From the human T2T-CHM13v2.0 reference genome, Homo sapiens: a stretch of DNA of 64,000 nucleotides. The stretch lies in assembly GCF_009914755.1 (NCBI RefSeq), contig NC_060925.1; one strand, given 5' to 3'. The notes beneath the pieces are model-generated. The model was not told the DNA's origin. It worked only from the letters and a program-made list of their open reading frames with translations, and searched no databases. Within the stretch, counting starts at the first letter, position 1. Each line of letters begins with the position of its first letter. A program made the translations under genes and the position numbers. Below are positions 51,497 to 62,248 of this stretch, piece after piece.

Positions 51497-51924
51497 CTTT
51501 GTGACCTTGGCCTCATGCTGGACTTCTTTATACCTCAGTTTCCCTATCTGTAAATTGGGGTCACTAATAGTTGTGTTGTAAGGATTAAAGACATTAATGC
51601 ATATTAAGCACTTAGGATGATGCCAAGCTTATAGTAGGTGCTCAATAGATACTTGCTATTCCCTGCATTCACTTACTCATCACCTTCTACTATACTTATC
51701 TACCTAGTTAGACAAGACTGTGACTTAATCATTTCAGTATCCTTTCTCCTGGCACACAATAGGTGTATATACTGCATTCACTTAGGGAACCATTTTGCCT
51801 AAGGAGGATAGAACAGAGCCTCGACCTCTGAGAAATAACCCTGCTATGTTTCACCTCCCCACCTCCATTCCCCAACACCCCTTCCTGGTAGAGACCCCTT
51901 GGACCCTGGAGATCTTCGAGCTCT

Positions 51925-52038
51925 GGGTCCCATGTTCCCCCTCCCCACCTCTTCATTAATCTTGATAAGGGAGTCTTCGCAGGGTCCCATGATCCCCCTC
52001 CCCACCTCTTCATTAATCTTGATTAGGGAGTCTTCGCA
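51925..52038. repeat. Tandem duplication, 2 x 57 bp
   Basis: 51925-51981 vs 51982-52038, 2 mismatches. Confidence 0.96.
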
Positions 52039-52639
52039 CTGGAGTTCATTTTCTTGCAGATGCATATCAGTCATGTAGCAGGGAATCTCTCCCGTGCTAA
52101 TGAGGAATCAAAGTCTTGCCATGTTATCACTTCGCTAATTAGTACACAGGCTTCTTTGGGGGGAAAAAGGTCAGGAAAGATATTGGCAGAAAGTTGTGAT
52201 TTCCAAGTGGGCTGGGCATGGTGGTGAGGTTCAGAGAAGGAGGAAAGGCGCTGGGTTCCCAACTTCTCCATCCTGCTGGACTGGTCCCAGGAAGTCAGGC
52301 CAGGGCAGAGAAGGTTTCAGGTATCCCTACCTTGAGCCAGTGTCTGCACACAACCTCAGCTCGCTGGATCTAGGTCACGAGAGCCTCTGGCTTGTGAATC
52401 GGATTCAAAGTCCTAATGAGAAAGAGGCTGAGGCAGGATGGGCAGTTCCCGAGTGCAGGAGGACTGTTTGGCTGCAGGCAGGGTTGGGGAGCATTGTCCA
52501 GGCCAGTCTGGAGACCAGGAAACCAGATCCCTCCCGTCGGCAGCTGAGCTAGAGCAGAGACGGTTACTGCTGTGGCATCTGCCTTCTCCAGGCTCTTTGT
52601 TCTGCCAAAAAACAAACAAACAAACAAACAAAAAACCGA

Positions 52640-53270
52640 ACCGAACAGTAGTTGAGGCTGAAAAAACAGATTTTATTCAGGACTGTTGCAATAGAGGAAA
52701 AGAGACCAGTGTAGAGCTGGGCTCATTTCTGAATACACCCTGGGGAAGTGTGAATTTTTAGCCAAGGAGCAGGTTGGGGTATAGTCTGTTATCTGCCAGT
52801 TTCTCATCTGCAGGTTCAAACAACTATGGCCAAAAATATTTGCAGAGAATAAATACATAAAAAATAACAATATAACAACAACAAAAAATTAATAATAAAA
52901 ACAATACAGTATAACAACTATTTACATAGCACTTATATTGGGTATTATAAATAATCTAGAAATGATTTGAAGTAAACAGGAAGATGGACATAGGTTATAT
53001 GCAAATACTACATCATTTTATATGAGACTTGAGCATTCTCAAATTTTGGTCCTAGAACGAGTTTCCCAGGCAATACCAAGGGATGAGAAACAACACCTGG
53101 GGGATGTGGAGGATGGGGAACCTATCAGATATAGAGGATGGAGGATTCTGGTTAAACCGACTTAGCAGGATTCTTGCTAAAACTGGATTCCACAAGGAAG
53201 TGCATGAAATGGGCCTCAGAGAAAGTTCTGGAACGCGACTAAAGTTTGAACAAGCAAATAATCTTTGTCA
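52640..53270 (-). mobile_element. MER31/MER67-like ERV1 LTR interrupted by MER2
   Basis: Reverse complement begins TGACAAAGATTATTTGCTTGTTCAAACTTTAGTC...CCAGTTTTAGCAAGAATCCTGCTAAGTC; left boundary approximate. Confidence 0.65.
52785..53086 (-). mobile_element. MER2/MER2B (TcMar-Tigger) element
   Basis: AATACAGTATAACAACTATTTACATAGCA, TAGGTTATATGCAAATACTAC, GACTTGAGCAT, ATACCAAGGGATGA. Confidence 0.9.
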
Positions 53271-54405
53271 GTTCTTCTGCTCAAATTCCAGACAGGGGGT
53301 CTGGATCACCTGCCAGCCCCTCGGTAATGGGAGGGTGTCACCGTTGCACTGACACCTTATGGAAGGGTTAATCCTTCCAAAGGAAATCAGAGCCATGCTA
53401 GGAAGCAGGAATGGGTGCTGGACAGACAAGGAAAAATGCCTGCTCTGCCTCCCCCTTAAGGAAGTGCCCTTCTTTCATTCAACAAAGATGTATTAGGTGC
53501 CTATTATGTGCTGGCACCTTGGGCTGTGCTTAAGGAATTAACGGGGAGGTCTTTAGGAGGCAGCATTAGAGAGACCCCAATGCACCCCCCAGGGGCACAC
53601 TATGGAGGGCATGCTAGTCACAAGGTCCCACAAGGGATGGGGGCCTGGGAAGAGATCTACAGTTTGAGGGTTGTAACATCCAAGGCAATTGCAAAGCACA
53701 GTGGGATCAGGACCAGGAAGGCAGCACAGCCTAGTGGGTCAGACAGATCTTGGCCACAGGCCATGTGACTTTAGGCAGTTCATGTCTCTGGGCCTCACCT
53801 TCTCCATCTGTAAAATGGGATGACATAAATAAAGGGTACAATAAAGGCCGGACACATGGTGGGTGCCCAGGACTTGTTGGGGAGGTAGGGGTAGGGTCCA
53901 GGGTTTGGCCCAAGGAGTAAATGTGAGTCTCTATCAGGGAACAGTGCAAAAGGTCAGGCTTCAAGGAGGAAATGCAGTAAAAGACTGGGAAGCCCAGCTC
54001 AAGACAGGATGAGGTAAGACCGTCCAGGAAAGTCCTTTGGTTGGATTTTGCCAGAGGGTGTGGGGATGCATTGGCTAACTTAAAAATGGGTACAAACTTG
54101 AGACAGCCATCTTCTCAACTAAACAGCAATGCTCTCAATGTGGGGAGTGTGCTTCCTCCATCAGATCAGGCCTTCTCCTGGGAAGGGGTTGTGCCTCCCT
54201 TGTCAGTGTAGTGTTTGACAGCACAGGCTCTGCAGACAACTGCTTCTGTTTGAATCCTTTCTCTGCCACTTCTTGGCTGTGTGGCCTTGTGGAAGTTACA
54301 CGGCCCGTTTGAGCCTCAGTTTCCATGTCTATCAAATGGGGATATTGGTGGTTCCTATATCATAAAATATATGTATGCAAAGCCCACATTAGGTGATTTT
54401 TAAAA

Positions 54406-54568
54406 TTTTTCTTTATTTATCTTTTATGAAATGGGGTCCCACTATGTTGCCCAGGCTGGAGTGCAGTGTAGGGCACTACAGCTGCAAACTCCTGGGTTCA
54501 AGAGAGCCTTCCACCTCAGGCTCTTGAGTAGCTGGAACTACATGCAGCACCCTCCCCCATACCCAGCT
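54406..54568 (-). mobile_element. Free Alu monomer (FAM/FRAM-like)
   Basis: CTATGTTGCCCAGGCTGGAGTGCAGTG...CACTACAGC...AACTCCTGGGTTCAAG...GAGTAGCTGGAACTACA. Confidence 0.8.
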
Positions 54569-54598
54569 TATATTAAGTGTTTAATAACTATTCACTTG

Positions 54599-55138
54599 TG
54601 TACTAGTCATCAACTACTGCATAACACATACCCCAAAATGTAGTCGCATAAAACAACATTGCTAAAGAATTGAGGGTCAGGAATCCAGGTGTGGCTTAGC
54701 TGGGTCCTCTGGTCAGGGGTGTCCTGCAGTCTGATCAAGGTATCAGCCCAGGCTGTGCTTATGTCAGGGCTCGACTGAGAACAGATCTGCTGCCAAGCTC
54801 CCTCCACCCACGGTTGGCAAGATCAATTCCCCCACGTGTTGCTGGGCCTTAGCCTGGGAAGCCGTTGTCTTCCCTCCTTTCCTTGCCACCTGGGCCTCTG
54901 CATAGGGAAGCGCACAACATGGCAGCTTGCGTTATCAGAGCCAGCGGGGGAGGGGCCTGGAGAGAGTGCAGGCAGGACAAAGCCACAGTCTTTTGTAACC
55001 TAATCCTAGAAGGGACCTCCCATCACTTTCCCCATTCTATTCATTAGAAGGGAGTCAGTCTGTCCAGCAGAGGGGATTGCAAAGACCTGTGAATACCAGG
55101 AAGCCTCATCAGGGCCACGTTGGAAGTTGCCATTCACA
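54599..55138 (-). mobile_element. MLT1F-like solo LTR
   Basis: GGGTCAGGAATCCAGGTGTGGCTTAGCTGGGTCCTCTGG, CACAACATGGCAGCTTGC, CACAGTCTTTTGTAACCTAATC. Confidence 0.85.
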
Positions 55139-55739
55139 CCTAGACTGGAGGCTGCCTGTGAGAAGGGATGGGGAGAAGGGGCTTTGTCTTTTCCTTCACG
55201 GCTCTGTCTCTAGCACCTAGAAAAATGCCTGGCACGACACAGGAGCTCCACAAATGTTTGTCCAGTGTATCAGAATGAGGGTACCTGGGGCAGGGGCTGG
55301 ATAAAGAGGAGCTTCGTCTCCCCTCTATCCCCCTCTGGGCACCCAGACAGAATATTGCAGCCCTGAGCCCAGAATAATCCCCCTGGGGAGAGCCTTCCCC
55401 ACTCAGAAAAGCCTCTGGTTGCATTGCAGTGTTTTGCTACTGACCTCCCCCTCTGAGGGAAGGCAAATTTCATCCAGAAGGAGATGTGTGAAAATTGGAT
55501 TTGCTGCCAGGGTCAAACTTTGCTGTGTTTTATCCTGGCTGTCACCTGCCTTTGAAACACAGAATATTTCTCCAAATGATGCCTCTCACTCGTGGCCCCT
55601 CCTTTCTGGAATCAGAGCCCATGAACTTCTACCAGCTTCCTCTGGGCCATCTCTCTGGCTGCTGCCCAGCTCAGGCCACGTTCATCTCTCTCCTTGTCCC
55701 TTGCTGTGGTCCCTTGACTGGTGTCCTCATCCCCACCCA

Positions 55740-56265
55740 GCCCCCCTCCTTCCCATTTTTCAAGCAGCCAGAGAGGCCTTTCAAAAACACAAATTGGAGC
55801 ACGTAATTCTTCTCCTTAAAGCCTTCTCCTAGCTTCCTGTTGTTCTGGAATAAAATCCCAACTCCCACCCTGCAGGCTTTGGCCCTGCCACCTCTCCCAG
55901 CTCATCTCCTAAAAAACATCCCAGGCCCTCCCTTGCCGCAGGCATGGTCCGCCAGTTCCTGAAACATGGAAGCTCTTCCTCCCTCCAAGACTTGGCTCTG
56001 TTCTGTCTGCCTGGGCTCTTCCCCTGGCTCTTTGCAGTGCTGGCTCCTTATCCTTCTTATCTAGCTTAGTTGTCACCTCTTCAGAGAAGCGTTCCCTGAC
56101 TGCACTATGCTCCCATTATTACCATTCTCATCATCTTGTTTACCTATTTCCTGGTCCAGATTACAACTTGTAATCATTTTGGTTTAATTAATTCTATGAG
56201 GATGGAGGTGCCTAATAGGTCACAGCTATATCCCTTAGGCTCAGCACATGGTAGGACAAATGAAT
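55740..56265 (+). mobile_element. L2 3' region
   Basis: GCAGCCAGAGAGGCCTTTCAAAAACACAAAT, TGTCACCTCTTCAGAGAAG, GCACATGGTAGG...ATGAAT. Confidence 0.75.
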
Positions 56266-57659
56266 TTCCCCTTTCCTGCAGGATTTCAGTAGCCTCCCCG
56301 CTGCCTGCCTTGCCCATGACTCACCTCCTCCAACACACTCAGGACATAGCTGCCAGGGAAAACATAGCCCTGAACGTGTCCCTCCCACCCTGGAAGCCCT
56401 CAGTGGCTTCCCATTACTCAGTAGCATCAGGGACGCTTGGGCTCAGCTTCCAGACTGGACCCAGCCAACCATTTCTTAACATTCCCTTCCATCCACCCCA
56501 TGCTCTGGTCAAACTGGAATATTTGCTGCATTCCTGAGCACTCCTTGCTCTTTTCTATCTCAGGGCTTTGGCAGGGATGTTTTCCCTCCACCTGGAAAGC
56601 CTTTCTCTCCTCTGCAAGACAAAAAAATGCATCCTCATCTCAATTCATCTCCTCCTCCAGGAAGTCTCCCTGACTGCCTCTTTGGTGAAGAGGGAAGAAC
56701 TTGGAAGTTGGTGTCAGTCCTGGGTCCATATCTCTGCTCTACCATTTGCAGAGCAAATGAGTATATGACTCCCTGTGTCTGAATCTGTTCAGTAGGAACA
56801 ATTCTGACTCTCAGAGTCGTTGAATGAAACACCTTATAAGAAAGCCTCTGGCCCCGAGGAGATGTCAAGCAGACGTGAGGCCCTTTCCAGGTTTAGTGGT
56901 AACCTGTGATACTCCTTCATACTTCATCTTCTTCTAATGCACTTGGGGTGAACCCATTCTCCTCTGTCCCCACTGCCCCTTCTGGGCAGGACCACACCTT
57001 CTCCCTCTCCCTTCCCTTACCCTGCCTGCCAAGATATTTACTTTATGCCAAGTAGGGTCTAGGGAGAGTCTGCTGAATGTCCTCGACCTTTCCTCTTCTC
57101 TGGATATTCTTCCTTTACAGAGAAAAGCAACTCAGTACAATTTTATGCTAATTCATGCATTCATTCACTGAGCTTCTATCATATGAACAAGAGCCCGGTG
57201 GAATTTTCATTTTAGGATGTTGGAACTGCCATGATTCATTTGGTCAACAAACATCTGTCTACCACTGTCTACCATGGTTGTGTGTGCTCAGTTACCCCAG
57301 TAATGTCTCCAGCTCCCTGGTGGCAGTCATTAGCTGTTGCTCAGGGCACTTGAGTCCCTCTTTCCTACAGCTCAATCTGTCCTTAAGGGCCATTCTCCAA
57401 GGTTTCTAGACATTGTTCTTCCCCACTGGGTAACTGTGGCTCTGCTCCGTGTCTATAGTGAGGCCTGCCAGATGCAGGACCCCTGCAGGCAGAGAGCTGT
57501 GAAATCCTCCCTGATCCGCTGCAGCCAGTGAGGGGAATCTGGAATTCTTTGCCTCCCAGGCTCCTGTGTGCATTTCAGCCTCTCTGACCAGGCTCAGAGG
57601 CAGCTTCAGAGGCAGCCAGGGGTGCAGGGCAGGTCTCTCTCCTTAAAGAGGAGCAGTTG

Positions 57660-58300
57660 TCTGATCCAGCAATTTCATTTCTGGGTATATATTTCAAAAC
57701 AAAGCAGGATTTCAAAGGGATATTTGTACCCCCATGTGTGTAGAGCAGGATTATACACAAAAACCAAAAAATCCAAGAGTCCATCCGCTGAGGAGTGGAT
57801 AAGCAAAATGTAGAGTAGCCATACAATGGAATATTATTCAGCCTTCAAAAAGAAGAAAAGTCTGACGCATGTGACAACATGGATGAAGAGTCCATCTGCT
57901 GAGGAGTGGATAAGCAAAATGTAGTCTATCCATACAGTGGAATATTATTCAGCCTTCAAAAAGAAGGAAAGTCTGATGCATGTGACAACATGGATGAAAC
58001 TTGAGGACATTATGCAAAGTGAATAAGGCAGGCACCTAAAGACAAATACTGTGTCACACTAGTTACATGAGGTATCTAAAACAGGAAGGGGAGAGATGGT
58101 TGCCAGGGGTTGGGGGAGAGGGGAAATGGGGAGTTGTTTAATCTGCATGGAGTTTCCGTTTTGCAAGATAATAGGGTTCTGGAGAGCTGTTTCCCAACAA
58201 TGGAAATCTGCTTAACACTACTGAGCTGTCCTCTTAAACATTGTTAAGACAGTGAATTTTATGGTTTGTGTATTTTACCACAATTAAACATTTAAGGGAA
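57660..58300 (+). mobile_element. L1MB-type 3' end with internal 111-bp tandem duplication
   Basis: TGATCCAGCAATTTCATTTCTGGGTATAT, CATACAATGGAATATTATTCAGCC (twice), GGTTGCCAGGGG, TATTTTACCACAATT. Confidence 0.9.
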
Positions 58301-58824
58301 AAAGAGAGAGAGGAAGAGAGAAGGCCTTCTGGGTAAGAACACCTGAGCAGGTAGGAATGGCCCTGGGGGATCTGACCTTGGCCTCTGAGCCCTACCTCCT
58401 CCCTAACTGCCTTCAGCTTTCACTTCTTCTCCCGCCAGACTCAGCAACCCTCCCTTGTTTGTCAGTGGCCTGACTATGGACACACCTTTCCTCTTACAAC
58501 CACTGATCACAGCTGACTTCAGCTGCTACTTCCAGCTTTCCTAAAAAAAGAAATAAAATAGAAAGGAAATAAACATAGAACAACCAAGCTGGAATACCAT
58601 GTTTCCGCCATCCAACAACAGCCAAACTGTTTCTGTGTATTCTGAGCCCTGCTCCATCCCAGAGGGGCTGCCCTCTGATGGCCTCATTTAATTCTTCATT
58701 TAGAAACAAAGATGGTTTTCGTATATGGAAGCTATACCTAGTTGGTATGGAGTTCTCTTACGTCCCCACTGCTGGGGCTGAAGACCACCACCAGCCTCAC
58801 AGGCTCTTCCTCTGCCTTTGCCAT

Positions 58825-59202
58825 TGTATTAGTCTGTTCTCATGCTGTTGATGAAGACTAGGTAATTTATAAAGAAAAAGACCCAAGACTGGGTAATTTA
58901 TAAAGAAAAAGAGGTCTAATGGACTCACAGTTCCATGTGGCTGGGGAGGCCTTACAATCGTGGTGGAAGGCGAAAGGCATCTCTTATGTGGCAGCAGGCA
59001 AAGAGAGAGCGTGTGCAGGGAAACTCTCCTTTATAAAACCATCAGATCTCATGAGACTTATTCACTATCATGAAAACAACATGGAAAAGACCTGTTCCCA
59101 TGATTCAATTACCTCCCACTGGGTCCCTCTCATGACACGTGGAAACTGTGGGAGCTACAATTCAAGATGAGACCTGAGTGGGGACACAGTCAACTCCTAT
59201 CA
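58825..59202 (-). mobile_element. THE1 (THE1B/C-like) solo LTR
   Basis: TGTATTAGTC start, GGACTCACAGTTCCA, CCATCAGATCTCATGAGACTTATTCACTATCA; flanks GCCAT/ACCAT. Confidence 0.93.
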
Positions 59203-59630
59203 ACCATGTTATTTGGGGTTCTCACTTCTGGCAGGCTGATGTCAGCAAGCCCCAGGCAATCTCCTTGTCCAATCCAGCCTGGTCACTGGGCCCTTCAACT
59301 TGGCACCTGCTCTTATGGGCTGCACCTCCACTGGACCTTCAAGATACAGCTGGGGCCTCCTGACCCAGGGCCTGGGGGCTGGGACAGCCCTTTGGGGATA
59401 GAAAGGCAGCCAGTTCTGAGCCCTGGGGCTCTGGGTCATGCAGCTGGCCTCCTGGGGTGACTCAACCTTGCAGAAAGATCTCTTCTTGATCTTCCACAGC
59501 CTGGGGTGTGGGTTCAAGAGCTGAGAGGCCAGAGCTCAGCATCCTCTAACCCCTGTCCTTGGCCATCAGAGACCTGTAATTGCCCTAAAATCCATCTTTT
59601 TCCCAGGCACATACTCACCAAAGCCCTTGG

Positions 59631-59633
<3 letters not shown>

Positions 59634-59667
<34 letters not shown>
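59634..59667. repeat. (CT)17 microsatellite
   Basis: Perfect dinucleotide run. Confidence 0.95.
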
Positions 59668-59671
<4 letters not shown>

Positions 59672-61419
59672 CTGGGGACCTGGCAGATGGAAACCATCCT
59701 CTATCTGTTCCAACCCAACAACCCAATCCTGATGAAAGCTGGACCTGGGTTGCTGGGATGCAGCTTTCAGAGGGGGCATTGGCCTAATGAGCTTTCTTCC
59801 AGACCATGTGTTTGCTCTTCAGCCAGCGTCACTGTGGGGCTGCTCTGGGGGACTCAGCACAGTACGGCACATCCTCTGACTGGAGCACACAGACCATCCC
59901 TTGTGGAAAGCAGGCACCTGAGACAGCAACTCTATAGGCCAGCTAGAGAAGTGTCACCCTCACCTGCCGTCAAACCTGGGCTGGACCACTCCATAGCCTT
60001 GTGGCCTGGCACTAATTCCTTACCCTTTCTGAACTTCAGTTTTCCTCATCAGTAAACAGTAATAACATGCCTTGCACTGCCTTACTGTCATGTTCAAATG
60101 TGATTATCTATGTAAAGCACCCAGCCCTGGAGCTGGAGGTCAATGAATGCTATTTCCTGTCCTCCTTTCTAAGACAGGTGAGGAAACCTGCAATGCCTGG
60201 AGCAGCCATTGTTTGCATTACTAGATGCGGCCTTGTACTGTCTCTCACCTGCTCCAAATGAATGACTGGGGAGGAATAATGATAGGCCTTTTCCAGTTGT
60301 ATATTACTGTTCTCAGAGTAATATACAAATTCTTCGTCATATTTCTTCCTTAAGGAAAAAAAACCTGGGAGGCTTCCAGGGAAGGCACATTTAACTCCAC
60401 TTTGTAGATAGAGATACGAAGGCCCAGCGAGGGCAAGGACCTCATCCAAGGTCACAGAGCCAGGAAGTGGCTGAGTTAAGGTGGGAACCCAGATCAGGGT
60501 GCTTTTGTTTGCTTTTGTTTTGTTTTTAAGCTTTGTTATGGAAAGTTTGCCAAGGCCTCACCCTGTTCTCAGGAGTGTATCAGGGTAGACTTCATTCTCA
60601 GGAGATGGGGCCAGGGATGCTGCCAGGCCAGGAGAGGCACCTTCGTACCCAGCAGAGCCCATGCCCTGGATGAACTAATTACCATGCTCCCTCACACTCA
60701 TACTGAGCCTTCCTTCCAGAGAGACCCTAAAGTTCTTCTGAGCTGCTCGTACATATTTATATGCCTGCGTGCACGATAAAAGTAAAACCACTTCACCCAC
60801 CGCTGAAATGCAGCCACTCGGGGTGTGAAATACGGGGCTTATGGAACAGAGGCAAGGAGCGGCTCTCAAGGAGAGGCGTGTGTCCCTCCTGACATTGCAA
60901 GGGGGCAGCTGGAGGGAGGTGGAATTTAATTATCTTGGCGAGTAAGTGCTGGACGTGGAAGTAGGAGCCAGGAAGACTGTGGGTCCCTGGGCACCGGGGA
61001 CTCCCTTGGCCTCCCTGGGATGGAGAGCTGGTCCTGCCAGGGAGGACGGTACCAGCTAAAGGAGTGCACGGGCCCCTCAGCATCCATCTCTTTACAGACC
61101 CCTGAACCCCACTCCCTGGGAGCTGCCTGCAGGTATGTGGGCTCCAGCCTTCTGCCCTCCAAAACCCAATGTGCCACCAAACACCATTTCTTCCTTTAAA
61201 GGAAGGTCCCAGGAGGCGTTCGTGAGTTAAGACCTCTTGGAGTGAGGACCAGCAACTTTGCTCCTGTCCGGTCAAGGCTGTAGCTAAGAAAGGTGCCATT
61301 CTCAGAAGAAGCTGAGCTTCTTTTCTGGCCATGGCAACCTTTCAATGGTTCCTTGACTTTGTTCTGATTTCTGGTGCTGAGCCTTGCTGTACATTTAGAC
61401 TTCTGCTCCTGCCTGTCCT

Positions 61420-61732
61420 CTTTTCCCTCCCTCCCTCCCTTCTTCCTTCCTTCCTTTCCTCCTTGTTTCCTTCCTTCCTCCCTTCCTTTCTTCCTTCCTC
61501 CCTCCTTCTCTCCCTCTTTCTTTCCTTCCTTTCTTCCTTCCTTCTTCCCTCCCTCCCTCCTTTCTTTCTTTCTTTCTTTCTTTCCTTTCTTGCTCTCTCT
61601 CTCTTTCTTTCTCTTTCTTTCTTCCCTTCCTTCCTTCTTTCCTTCTTTCCCTTTCTCTCTTCCTCCCCAGTCCCTATCTCCCTCCTTTCTCCCTCCCTTT
61701 CTCTCTCCCTCCCTTTCTCCCTCCCTCCCTCC

Positions 61733-61824
<92 letters not shown>

Positions 61825-61863
61825 TTTCCTCTCTCCCTCTTTCCCTTCTCCTTTCTTCTTCCC
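61420..61863. repeat. Polypyrimidine tract (TTCC/CTTT/CT mosaic) containing (CTTT)18
   Basis: About 440 bp almost free of purines; perfect CTTT run at 61749-61820. Confidence 0.97.
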
Positions 61864-62248
61864 TGATATATTTTGGATATTTGTCACTTCCAAATCTCTT
61901 GTTGGAATTGATCTTCAGTGTTGGAAGTGGGGCCTAATAGGAGGTGTTTGGTGCCCTCCCTGAAGTAGTGAGTGAGGTCTACCTCTTGAGGTTACTGTGA
62001 GATCTGATTGTTAAGAAGAGCCTGACACCTCCTCCTCTTTCTCTTGCTCCCTCTCTTGCCATGTGGCACTCCTGCTCCCCCTCTACCTTCCACCAGGAGT
62101 AAGAGCTTCCTGAAGCCTCACCAGAAGCTGAGCATATGCTGGTGCCATGCTTGTACAGCCCCCAAAACCATGAGCCAAATAAACCTCTTTCTTTATCAAT
62201 TACCAGTCTCAGGTATTCCTTTATAGAAACACAAAATGGACTAATACA
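61864..62248 (+). mobile_element. MSTB-like MaLR solo LTR
   Basis: TTTGGATATTTGTC...CAAATCTC, AAGCCTCACCAGAAGCTGAGCA, GAGCCAAATAAACCTCTTT, GGACTAATACA end. Confidence 0.9.

Noticed and set aside
61331-61963. Leu/Ser/Phe-rich and Glu/Arg/Lys-rich ORFs
   Set aside because: Translations of the CT-rich simple repeat.
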